From the NCBI GenBank assembly GCA_000388065.2, contig KB932208.1: a DNA stretch of 64,000 nt, one strand, 5' to 3'. Source of the DNA: Fonticula alba ATCC 38817 (taxonomy: Eukaryota > Protista > Nucleariida). A program made the translations under genes and the position numbers. Below, piece after piece: positions 37,847 to 55,072 of the stretch. The notes beneath the pieces were generated by a model. It was not told the origin of the DNA and ran no database searches. It saw nothing but the letters and a program-made list of their open reading frames with translations. Position 1 is the first letter of the stretch. Every line of letters starts with the position of its first letter.

Positions 37847-40579
37847 TGACAGGCTCAGAGTGGGCGAGGAGTCCCCCAGCTCCGAGGTGATGGAGAAGCT
37901 GCTCAGAGGGTCGGAGCCAAAGTCGACATCGCCGGCTGCCGGCTGCGACGCCTGAGCATGACGCTGGAGGTGGGGAGGGAGACCCGGAGGAGCGGCGTGG
38001 GATTCAGCCAGTTGGGCACTCCCACGGAAATCGGACATAGGCGAAGGCGGCGAGCTGAGTACCGACGCGGCCGCCGGGGGGAGGGCCCCATTCGAGGTCG
38101 ACTTTGGGTGCTGAGCCGCCGACGCCCACATGCCAACTTGGCCGGGGGGCAGGTCCGCCGCCTGGGAGGGGGCGGCCTGGCGAAGGGCAGCCACCTCGGA
38201 GACAACACCCAGCACCGGTGAGCTGGCTGGCAGGGACCCGGGGCTACTTTCGTCCAAGGCCCCCGGGCCAGACGCCGCCCGTCGGATGTGCACCGACGGG
38301 GCGTCGGCCATGACCAGCACCGTGTCCAGCACGCGCACCGGGCCGTCCGAGCCACTGGACGCCGATGACGACGCCGAGCACAAGAAGGCTGCAGAGGGAT
38401 CGCTTTCACGGCTGCTCGGAGCCTCGGGCGCCGGGCTGTCCACGGAAATGTCTGATGAGCTGCCAAGTGGGGCGGCTTCCGGTCCGGCGCCAGCGGCGAG
38501 GGCCTCGGGTGATCCAGCCAACAGAAGGGGGACCTAAAAGGAGGGAATTCACGCGCGATGGAGAAGTGTGGGCAGGCAGGGAGAAGGTGGTCAGCGGCGA
38601 AGGCACACAGGCGTGGGCGGGGAGGGGGGGGGAGGGGGGGGGAGGGCCCAATAGCCAGCCAAAAGAGACGCACAGGAGCCTTGTCCAGACTCGGGGAGGT
38701 ATCGTGGTCAAGGAAGACACGGTTCAGGACAACCCACTCATCGTGGCTGGAGGGGCATGAATGTGAGGGCACAGTGCAGGAGAGGGTCAGACAGGCACAT
38801 GGAGAGCAGACAGAACAACGGACAGCCGGCCAGACATACCGTGAATTCCAGCCACGATAGTGCACCAAGTAGAACCGGGTTGCCGGATCGGCTGGGTCGC
38901 TGACTGGCAGGGCAGCCGCCGGATCCGCGGCCACCGCCGTGGTCGTCAGGACCCCGTCCTCGTCAGGCAGCGCGACCAGAAGTGGGGCTGAGTACCGGCA
39001 AGACCCACTCTCCCCGCCCCAGGAGAGCGGCTGGACAATGCTCCGCCGAACAACCGACCGGTAGGCCATTTTGTCACCGTGGCTAACAAGAACCGAGTCG
39101 CCGGGCTCAAACAGGCGCTGGAAGCCCACGGGAGTGGGCGTGATAGCGCAAGGCAGATCACCTGTGCAGGGATAAATCGAAGAAGCCATGTACGACCCGG
39201 AGGCGGAGGGGAGGAGGGGGGGGGGGGAAGAAAAAAGCCCGCAAGAGGGCGAGGGCGGGAATTAGCTGCGGCCGACCAAAGGACAGTAACCGGGCAAAGG
39301 AAAGGGGCGCGCAGGGGGAAAGAAACACGAGGCGACGCACTCTGGACAAAGGTCCGGGCATACGAAGACGGCCCAGGCGAGACGCTCGAAGGCCACGGGG
39401 CATCCAAGGCAGAGTCGGGGTCAGCGGTCGAACACCAGGCCGGGAGGCCGGCAGACGACGAGGATGTGCGTCGGCGTTTGACCGGGGTCACGGGAGCGGG
39501 GGGCACACGCCCTTGAGTCCCTTTCGGCCGCTGAGAAGAAGATGCCCCGGCGCGGGAAGGAGTGCCAGCTAGGGCCGTCGCGGTTTTCCCCGCTCGGGAG
39601 ACACCCGCCGCAGCAGAGGCAGGAGCGGCACCCGAAGTGCGAGTGGCGGAGGGAGTGGCCCGGGCCGATCGCGCGGAGGCGGTCATTGGAGTCGAGTTCG
39701 TCGGAGGATCGGTCCCGATGAATCTCGGCAATTTGACGATAATTGAGGGCCCAAGAGCCGATTCCAGCCAGCTGGGCAGAGCAGTGGAGGTTGTGGCCTG
39801 GCTGGCGGGGGCCTGGCTGGCGGGGGCCCGGCGAGTCGACTCGGCAGCTGGGCCGGCCTTAGCGGGGGCTGCCTGGTAGGGGCACATTTGTGAGCTATAA
39901 GGGTTCCATCGTGGCCAGCGGAAGTGCCTCGGGAGGGTGCCGGTGGCCAGGTATTGCAACGCTCGACGAAGGCCGAGGGACCCACGGAAGGAGATGCGAG
40001 TCAGCTGGCTGGCCAGCATTGGCAGGGCCGACAGCGAGGGCAGACAATCCTCCGGCGCAAAGAGGGCACGCTGCTCCGGGTCCCCGGATGCATGTGCCAG
40101 CTCGGCCGCACTTGGGTAATACCGGTTGAGGAGTGTACGTAGGGGCTCCTGTCCGGGAATCAATCGAGCCGTGTGGGCCATCTGCACCACCGAGTAGGAA
40201 AGATCCTCGAAATACCGGACGACCACCTCCCCCGGGCCGGGTCGGGCAAACATAGATGGATCCATCTCGTCATAGGGCACCGTCTGCGGGGAGGGAGCGA
40301 GGAGGGGCAAGCCGCCAGGTGAGAAAGGGCAAGGGCAAGGGAGGCACAGGGCATCGCCGGGGGGAGGCGGGGGGGGGGGGGGGGCGGAGCGCACCATGGC
40401 CGGCCACCAGAAGGTGTCTTTGTCTTCGAGAGGATCAACCAAAACGACAACACGCTCCAGATGAGCTGCGTGTGCATGGTGATGCCCAGGGGTACATGGG
40501 GAAGAGGAATTGGGGGGAAGGGGAGGAGGTGAGTGAAGGAGGGAGAGAGAGATGGGTGAAATGAGAAAGAAACGGAGAA

Positions 40580-40614
<35 letters not shown>

Positions 40615-42876
40615 GAGAGAGAGGGAGAGAGAGAGAGAGAGAGGGAGAGAGAGAGAAAGAGAGAAACAGAGACAGAACCATGTGACGGATTCAACGCACG
40701 ATGTCTGATGCGGCCAGAGGGCGGGAGGGGAAGAACCAAGAGGGAGGTAGATGCACATCAGGCCGGGTCAGCATAAGTGGGCCAGCCGCGGCTTCGGAGG
40801 GGAAAGAGGAAACAGGCGGGAAAGACGTACACAACACGGAAGCCCTTCAGGGGGAGCAGGGCACTCGGCCGAGACACAGGGTACGGACTGCAGAACAACT
40901 GGACAAATAGCTGCAGCTCGCTCTTGACGGCTTGCAGCGATCCGGGCTCCGGCGTGTGGTTCCGGTTCCGGCCATTCGCGCCGGGCCCACGGACGTTGGT
41001 CTTGATGGCAGCAAAGCGCCTCACCCGGGACATGGCCTCAAGAGCCCGCTGGCAGAGAGATGGATCCGATTGGAGGAGATGCAGCGAAAGCCCTGGCAAA
41101 AAACTGGCCCGAAGCGATGTCCCCGGGAAAAGCCCGAGTTGCAGGGAGGCCGCACTCAACTCCGACTGGCCATACTGGAACTGAGCGGTGAGCCCGGTGG
41201 AGTCAACCACCGACACGAAGAGCCCAGGCCCGGCGCTTGGGCCAGACCCCGGCCCTGGGGGGGTGACAATGCCGCTGACAGTGCCCAACTCGCCTGGACA
41301 CCCACTAGGCCCATAGCCACCGGGGACTGTGTCGGACTCCCCATTCGATTGCGCGCCTGACAGGGAGCTGCATGGAGCATTCGCAGCGGGCTGACCATGG
41401 GGACCAGCCGAAGAGGAGAACCGCAAGGTCCGGGCGGGGGGCCGGGGGGNNNNNNNNNNNNNNNNNNNNNNNCCCCCCGCCCCCCGGGCGGGGCGGGGGG
41501 GGGGGGGGGGGGGGTAACATTAGTGTGCGACGCGGAGAGGAAGAGCAATGGACCTCGATAGATGCCATCGCCAAGGAGGGCGGGGAGAGACAGCAAGAAG
41601 GAGTGTACGAGGAGGACATACTCGGCGACGCTTCAGGATGCGAGTGGGCCAGTGATGACCAAAGATCGACAAGTGTACCACACACGACCGGCACAAATCC
41701 CAGGGGATCGTGGAGTTGCTGATGGGCACGTAGGACAGCGGGTCATCCGGGTTGGTGGGGTTGCCACTGGGCAGTCCATTGTCAGCCGGTATAGGCTGAG
41801 CCGGGTAGAAGTCCTCCGAGGTCCAGGTGAAGCTGGTGGTATCAACCTTGCAGCCGCAGTCGCGGCACTGAGATTGGTGTCAGACAAGCCAAGAGCGAAG
41901 TGGGCAAGGAGAAGGAGGCCGGCAGAGTGGGCGGCCAGGATGAAAAGACCCTCGCACCGAGAGCTCAAGGGGGTTTGCCGGGCTGACTGTGGCCGGGGTC
42001 GCGATGGGGGGTGTGCGCCGCCCGGAGGCGGCGGGGCCTCGCTTGGCGTTGCCGGACAAGGCCATCGAGGAGGAAGAGGAGGAGGCGGTGGGGCCGTCGA
42101 CCACCATCCCGGCGTCAGACGCCAAGGCCGGGGGTGGGGGTGATCCGGAGGTGCCGGAGTGCGGGGTGACTGCATGACTTCCGGCATCCCGGGGATTGGG
42201 CCCGCCAAGGAACACCTCGGCCGGACTGCTGCCCCCAGTGTCGGAGCCGGACGCCGAGTCGGCCGAGGTCGTGACGGCCGGCACCGGCGACGTCGCCTCG
42301 GGCATGGCCTGCACCGCGGATAACCCACCCGACGATGTGGGACTGGTTGTCTCGGTGGCCTCGGCCGTCTCGCAGAAGGGCGAGTAGAAGTGGAAATACT
42401 GTGCCGAAGCCAGGGCTGACGAGGAAGACAGGTCGCAGGCCACTCGCGAGGCATGGGTTTTGGCCTCTTCACGATGCACTGAGATTGAGAGGACGAGGAG
42501 GGGGAGAGGGGGGGGGGACAGCCGGCAGGAGGACACCGGATTCGCCATGGTGTGAGTCGCAGGGGAATGCATCAGGGCCGGGCGGGGAAGGCGACGGTGC
42601 TGACCGCCAAGGCCGCACCATATTGTGGACGCTGGCGCTGGGGCCGGGTTGGCCGGGCGCGAGCGGGTGGCTCGGCCGGCCTGTCATCCACATCCGTGAG
42701 AACGAGGTCGGCCGGGGCGGGTGCCTCCAAGTCGGAGGCCGCTCGCGGGGACTCTGCACGTGCGGCCGGACGCTGGGCTGCTGTGGAAGAGAAAAGGTAG
42801 GAAGTCAGGGATTGGCCAAGTGAGGCGGCAATCAGGAGGAGCACGTACACTTTGAGAAGGCTCCCTTCTGCTCGCT

Positions 42877-42952
<76 letters not shown>

Positions 42953-43782
42953 CAACCAAATCGCGGGATGACCATGAGACAGAGGTGCGGTCAGCAGGGG
43001 CACACCACCAAGCCGCCGGGGTGCAGGTGAGGGGAGAGAAACTCCGCAGGAAAGAGAGATCGTACCTTTCGCACGTTTCACACTCGCACTCGATATTACC
43101 TGGGCCAAAGTAGTCGGCTCCATAGAAGACGGTGATCTCTTCGCACGGGCCGATACTGCGCAGGGCCATAAAACAAACTCCATGCTGACCTGAGGGGATG
43201 AACTATGTGCAAGAGTCAGCTGCTCGGGGTCATCTGTGGGAGCCGGTGCAAATGCATGATGGAAATGGAGGGCGAGCGGGGGNNNNNNNNNNNNNNNNNN
43301 NNNNNNNNNNNNNNNGGGGAGGGGAGACAGAGGGAGATGTGGAGGAGGAGGAGCAGGAGGAGGCGGAGGACGAATTGGGAAACACACCCGGCAGTTGGGG
43401 TTGCAGTCGTGGTTGACAAAGCGTGCGGGTCCGAGGAACAGGCAGTTTGCGCCCTTGCTGGTACTGAACATGACCGAGAAGTCTCGCTGGTCGCTGTCCG
43501 TCAGACGGCGCTCCTCCTGGGTGGTCAGCCGGGCGACATACCCAGCACAGAGGAGGATCTGATCCCCAGGGTTCCAGGACTTGATCGACCGGACGCAAAC
43601 CTCCTGCTTGCCGGAGCGATAGCGATCCGTGACGGCCACCTCGAAGCCGGCCGTCGGGAGGAACATGCTGAGGTAGCGCTTCATGTGACTGGCGGGGGGG
43701 TCGTGGGGGAGTAGGTGGATCGGCCTCCGGCGACCACCAGCTGGCAGATGGCCGTGTGGGGAAGGGGCGAGGGAGGGCGAGG

Positions 43783-43813
<31 letters not shown>

Positions 43814-44213
43814 CGATGGACAAGGGGGAGGTTGTGCCGAGGAAGGAGCGGGGGACATACTCCTTGAAGCCAATGCGGTCCTCCGGCGCCAAGCGCTGCC
43901 AGAAGGGTTGAGCGAGCTTTTCCGGGCCGGAGAGGATCTCAAGGTCCATTGGCGAGGCCAGGGCCGGGTTGGTTTCCTGGCCGAATTGCTCGGCCTCGAC
44001 ACCGAGAATCAACTCGTAGAAGGCTCGCTCCAGGTCCCGGTGGAGGACCAGACGGCGGACCACGGCGATGGCCCGGACTCGATCGACCGTCTTCGACCGG
44101 TACCGGGGGCTGGCTTTGTGCACGGAAATGCCGAGCAGCGGATCGGTCAGCAGGTTGTTGCACAGGTCATCATAGGCGACCAGCTGCCGGAAGGTGAGCT
44201 CCGGCCGGGACAT
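37728..44213 (-). CDS. SET9: H4K20 methyltransferase Set9/SUV4-20 family with added Cys/His motif, PWWP-type and chromo-barrel domains; the 3' end is lost in the gap
   Basis: SET region: YDDLCNNLLTD, FKDHMKRYLSMFLP, RDFSVMFST..LFLGPARFVNHDCNPNC, EEITVFYGADYFG..CECETCE. I traced the downstream exons in phase through to FWWPAM..VVVRYFED and YLVHYRGWNSRHDEW. Confidence 0.88.
40581..40664. repeat. Compound (GA)n microsatellite in a SET9 intron
   Basis: Read directly. It is (TC)n on the sense strand. Confidence 0.9.
42877..42950. repeat. G74 homopolymer (poly-C on the sense strand) directly abutting a SET9 3' splice site
   Basis: The sense strand reads C74-AG|CGAGCAG. The run length may not be accurate. 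Confidence 0.75.
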
Positions 44214-46984
44214 GGCTGGCCAGGGAGGAAGGGCCGATCCGCGTTCCGGCGGATCGCACGAGGGGGAGGGAGAAGGAGGAGGAGAAGGAAGAGGGAAAGG
44301 GCGGGGAGGGGGGGGGGGGGGNNNNNNNNNNNNNNNNNNNNNNNNNNNNNNNNNNNNNNNNNNNNNNNNNNNNNNNNNNNNNNNNNNNNNNNNNNNNNNN
44401 NNNNNNNNNNNNNNNNNNNNNNNNNNNNNNNNNNNNNNNNNNNNNNNNNNNNNNNNNNNNNNNNNNNNNNNNNNNNNNNNNNNNNNNNNNNNNNNNNNNN
44501 NNNNNNNNNNNNNNNNNNNNNNNNNNNNNNNNNNNNNNNNNNNNNNNNNNNNNNNNNNNNNNNNNNNNNNNNNNNNNNNNNNNNNNNNNNNNNNNNNNNN
44601 NNNNNNNNNNNNNNNNNNNNNNNNNNNNNNNNNNNNNNNNNNNNNNNNNNNNNNNNNNNNNNNNNNNNNNNNNNNNNNNNNNNNNNNNNNNNNNNNNNNN
44701 NNNNNNNNNNNNNNNNNNNNNNNNNNNNNNNNNNNNNNNNNNNNNNNNNNNNNNNNNNNNNNNNNNNNNNNNNNNNNNNNNNNNNNNNNNNNNNNNNNNN
44801 NNNNNNNNNNNNNNNNNNNNNNNNNNNNNNNNNNNNNNNNNNNNNNNNNNNNNNNNNNNNNNNNNNNNNNNNNNNNNNNNNNNNNNNNNNNNNNNNNNNN
44901 NNNNNNNNNNNNNNNNNNNNNNNNNNNNNNNNNNNNNNNNNNNNNNNNNNNNNNNNNNNNNNNNNNNNNNNNNNNNNNNNNNNNNNNNNNNNNNNNNNNN
45001 NNNNNNNNNNNNNNNNNNNNNNNNNNNNNNNNNNNNNNNNNNNNNNNNNNNNNNNNNNNNNNNNNNNNNNNNNNNNNNNNNNNNNNNNNNNNNNNNNNNN
45101 NNNNNNNNNNNNNGGGGGGGCCGGTGTCGGGTCCACGCGACAACCTGCCCCTCGTTCGCGTCAGCAAGGTACCCCCCCCCCCCCCCCCCCCCTCCCTCTT
45201 TCGGCCCCCCCCCCCCCCCCCCCCCCCCCCCAGCCCCGGCTCGCTCGCCTTCCTTCTCCTTCGCTTCCAAGACTGGGCCGCCTGCCCCGGCCCTGCTCCC
45301 CGCCTTAGCCGGCCGGTTCCACCCTCTCCCGTCTGGCCACTGGCCCGTAGCCCTGGTCCCCCGATGCGCGCGCGCGAGCGGTGGCCGCCGTTCCCACCGC
45401 GCCCGGTGAGCAATTAAACAGCCAGTTCAACAGAGGGGAGCGGGCCACTCCTCCCCAGCATGATATATCCCTCGCCCGCCCAAAGGGAGGGAGGGGCCAC
45501 CCCCCATCATTAGATCGACCGGAATAGCGAGGCCCCCCCCCCCCCCCCCCTGGAGGCCGTCCGCCCGGCCGCGGTCTCCGGGGGCATGCTTACACACGGA
45601 CGCACCCCGCGCGCCGGCACGCAGGCGCTGCCGGGCGCATTCGCGCGCCTCCACGCGCGGGCGGCCCAGCCAGCCGGCCAGTAACGCGCGCGCTTAGACG
45701 GCCTCCGGGCCCCAAGGCCCGCCTTGTCCCGCCTTTTGAGTTCCCAATTCATGACCCCCCGCGTCAGGTGCAGCCGGCCGGGTCGGAGGCTGCTGACCCT
45801 GCGCGCCGGCGGACCCTGCGCCGCGGTGTGCCGGGATCCCCCCCCCCCCTCTGCCGGAAAGCGCCCGCTGCTCGGGCGGGAGGCGCCAAGATGGCACCGC
45901 GCCCGTGCCGCCGCCCTCGTCCACACTCCCGCCCGCCCGAGGGGGCCTGGCACACAGATGACCCACTCTCGCGGAGCCGCCAGTCTGCCCTCCGACGTTT
46001 CGCTCCCGCACCCCCCCCCGCCCCCGGGCGCCTCGGGACACAGGGCCGAAGCACGGCAGGCAGCCAAGCCCGGCCAGCCTCCGGCGTCTTCCCCCGTCGT
46101 TCCCCGCCCTCGTCCCCCCCCCCCCCGGTCCTCTGGCCGCGTACTCATGGCGGGAACGCATGCGTGACCGCGGCGTGACCATGGTGATGGAGATCCGCCC
46201 GCCCGTTCGCCAAGCATCGCGAGACACGCCCGGGGGGGGGGCGGCCCTTTTTCGTGGACGCTCCTCCTGGCAGGCCTTGGTTGATGCTGGTGTCCGGCCG
46301 ATCTTCCTCCTGGCAGTGCTCGCTGAGCGGGTGCGGCCCCTTCCTCGCCGCCGGTGAGGCGCGCGGTGCCCCAACTTAAGCACGAATCCGCGTCCACCAC
46401 CTCCCCACAACCAGCCGGTCAAGTAGGGACAATCTGGTCGGGAATGGCGCCCCAGATGCGTAATCGAGTCAGACAGAACCGCATTACACGGTTAAATGTA
46501 CACCCATGTTAAGTTTCCGGTCCCAGCGGCCGGAGGTGCCCCCCCCCCCCCCGCCCGCCCGTCCGGTCGTCCAAACAGGCGCCAGCCCCTCGGGCGGGGG
46601 AGGGCGGGGGAGGGCGGGAGGGAGAAGGTGGGAAAGCATCTTCATGCAGCATCCTGCCCACCCCCCGCATGCCAGCCCTTCGCCGAAAGGTGACCACGAA
46701 GCCGCCAGATCATTCCCCACCCAAAGGGGGTCGTGCTCCGGGCTGGGGTCCTCGATCGCGTCCATCGAAGAACGCGAGCCCCTTCAAGAACCGGTGCCCT
46801 GGTTCACGTCGCGCCAGGCGGCCCCCATCCTGTTCGCCGACGCTCGTTCCTCCCCCCCCCCCTTTGCCCTTTGTCGCGACCTCTTTCCCTCTTCCTTCGC
46901 TCTTCCCCCCTCCCCTCCCCTCTCTCCCTCTATCGCACCCCTCCGCCCCACGCCTCGACAGCCTTCGGAAAGCACACCAGGACC

Positions 46985-48525
46985 ATGCTCAGCGGCGGGC
47001 CCTTCTCCACGCTTGTTCGGAGATCCTTCTCCACCTTCCGTCCGCCTGGCAAGCGGCCGAACTTCCTCAATTCCGATCGCTCGCGCCGCGTCGCCGAGGC
47101 CGCCAGCAAGCCGCTCTATGCCAACCAGTCGGCCTCGGCCTCCGGCCAGGGGACCTCCTCGTCGCAGACCCCCGACAGCAACCCCTCCGCGCACTACACC
47201 CCGTCATACATGCCCCCGGAGACTCCCTTCTCTTCCTCTTCTTCCTCTTCCTCCTCCTCCTCCTCCTCCTCCTCCTCCTCCTCCTACTCCTCCTCCTCCT
47301 CCTCCAGCGCCGCGGCGGGCCACGCCTCGACTTCCAGCTCCTACGAGGCCGGGGTTTCCGGTGCGCCGCCCGTCACCTGGCCCGGTGCTGAATCTACCCC
47401 TCTCGATATGGCGCGCTTCATGCTGAATATGCCGTATGTGATCCTGCGCCGTCCCATGCGCTGGTCCAACCTCCTGCTGGACATCGATGTGGCCTTCAAG
47501 TACTCGATGGACACGCCGCGCGCCCACACCGACCCGGCCTTCGTGCAGGTCCCCGGCGCTCCGACCGAGCTGACCCCCCTCGGCGAGGCCATCGAGATGA
47601 GCAACGGCCTGAAGGGCTTCCTCCAGCGGACCCTCCTCAAGCGTCGCCACTGGTCACACATCCGTGTGCAGGACTTCTACGGGCGCGATCTATTTGTCAT
47701 TCGGCGGCAGCCCTTCCTGGTGAACTCCGTCACCCGGATCTATGACCCCTCTGAGACCATGCTTCTGGGCGAGGTCCGCCAGGTGTGGCACCTGCTCAGC
47801 CGCAAGTATGATCTCTATGCCGAGTGCGTCGGTCCTTCGCTCTGACCTCCGGGACCCCTGCCTGGGTCTCTCCTCGTCGCCGTCTTTCGCCCTCTCTTTT
47901 TCCTGACAACTCATCTTGGCACCCTCCCCTTGGTCTCTCCCTCGCCCCTGGGTCTCTCCCTCGCCCCTGGGTCTCTCCCTCGCCCCTGGGTCTCTCCCTC
48001 GCCCCCGGGTCTCTCCCTCCTCCCCGCCCCCCCCCCCCGCCCCCCCGCTTAGCGGCGAGCGTTTCGCCCATACCGATGGTGGCATTTTGGCTTGGACCTA
48101 TCCGGTCCAATCGACTACAGATGGCCAGCTGATGACCGTCACCCAGCGTGTTTTCACGGCGCTGGCGCGCGAGGTTCGGCCGCCCCTCTTTTCCTTGCCC
48201 CTTCCACTTCCTCTCATCCCCTCTATCGGTGTCTTCTGCCCTCCCTCCGACGGACATGTGTCCTTCCCTATTCCCATGCTGACCTCGCCTCCCCTGTCTC
48301 ACCCTCCCCCCCCCCCCCCCCCACCCCCGGTCACACCGCACTGGCAATCAATAGCTGTTCGTTGACCAGAGTGTCTTCGTGGTGGGGATGGACGCCCAGC
48401 CGCCGAACTGGCCGGGGCCGCCCAATGCCTCCCAGCGGTTGGGTGTCGTGCCGGAGAAATACCGGCCCGCCCTGCTCGCTCTGGCCTTCGCCATTGACAT
48501 CGACTATTTTGCTTTCCGGCATTAG
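46985..48525 (+). CDS. Phospholipid scramblase-family protein, mitochondrial Aim25-like (3 exons)
   Basis: Presequence-like MLSGGPFSTLVRRSFSTF. Motifs include VILRRPMRWSNLL, FLQRTLLKRRH, LGEVRQVWHLLSRKYDLY and C-terminal RPALLALAFAIDIDYFAFRH*. Confidence 0.85.
47932..48019. repeat. 19-bp minisatellite GGTCTCTCCCTCGCCCCTG, about 4.6 copies, in a scramblase intron
   Basis: Read directly. Confidence 0.9.
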
Positions 48526-48922
48526 AGCCACCAACAGCCATGCCATGTATCTGCACACGCGCGTGCATCCCGTTGCTGTTGTCCCCGTGTCCCATACACG
48601 CAGGTGGAGGCAGACCCACCCAAGTCCCAGTCTATGCGAGCGTCTATTTAGTGTGTGGGTGTGTGGGTGTGTGGGTGTGAAAAAATGGGAGACAGAGGGA
48701 GGGGGAGAAAGAGGTAGAGAGGGGGCGGGGGGAGGAGCAGAAGGAGACAGGGAGATAGAGGGGAAAAGGGGGGGGGGGGAGGGACACAGTGCCGCATGCA
48801 GCCGGGCGGGCCAGCAACTTCTATTCACAGGCGTGGCTACCTCTCGTCCCTCCTTTCGGAGCTGGGGCTCCTTGGCTCTGCCATCTCTCGGTGGCGGCTG
48901 GAGGCCGCGCCGCCTGTCTCCT

Positions 48923-54158
<5,236 letters not shown>

Positions 54159-55072
54159 CCTGGCAGGAGAAGGGGAAGAGGGGGAAGGGGGGGNNNNNNN
54201 NNNNNNNNNNNNNNNNNNNNNNNNNNNNNNNNNNNNNNNNNNNNNNNNNNNNNNNNNNNNNNNNNNNNNNNNNNNNNNNNNNNNNNNNNNNNNNNNNNNN
54301 NNNNNNNNNNNNNGGGGGGGGGGTGGCGAGAGGGAGAGAGGTGAAAGGGAGAGGAGGGGAGGAGCCGGCCCGGAAGAGGGAAGGGGCTTCGCCAGGGGAC
54401 GACGGGGAGTGGGAGCTGAGACGAGGGGGGCGAGCGGCACCAGGGACAAGGGAGGTGGGTGCCAGACAGGCGCCGCCGGTGCCTGCGGACGGCCGCCTTT
54501 TACGGCACTGCCTGGGCCCATTCTGCGCACCAGCCCTGGCGGAGGGAGGAGCGGGGGGGGGGGGGGGGGAGGGGGGGACGCGACGCACCGAGAGCCCAGC
54601 TACCGCCGCTCCGGGGCCGAGGGTCGCACCGCAGCCGGAGTCCGTGGGCGGGATCTTGAATGGGCGTTGGCACATGCGGATCCCATGTGCTGGTGGCCGG
54701 CCGGAGGCGCGGGCGAGGGGGATCCCGGCCTAGCCAGATGGCGGCGGCGGCGGCGGCGGCGGCGGCCCGAACATTTCTTTTTGGGGGTTGGTGGGGGGGG
54801 GGGGTCCCCCGGTTCCGGGCGCGGCGGTGGCAGGGGCTCGCGGCCGGCGACCCTATTCATCAGTCCGCGCGTGTCTGGAGCTCCGCTCCTCGCAGCGTGG
54901 AGCGAAAAGGGCAATCACCCTCTCGACCTTGATCTCGATTGCCGGTGGAAGCTTTCGCCCCTCTTCTCCCCTTGTTGCTTGCCCTCCCCCCCCCCTCCCC
55001 CTTTCCGCGCCCGCCGTCGTCCTTTCCCCCGGATCCCCCCCTCCCTCCCTAACGGCCCACCTTGCGTCGGAC

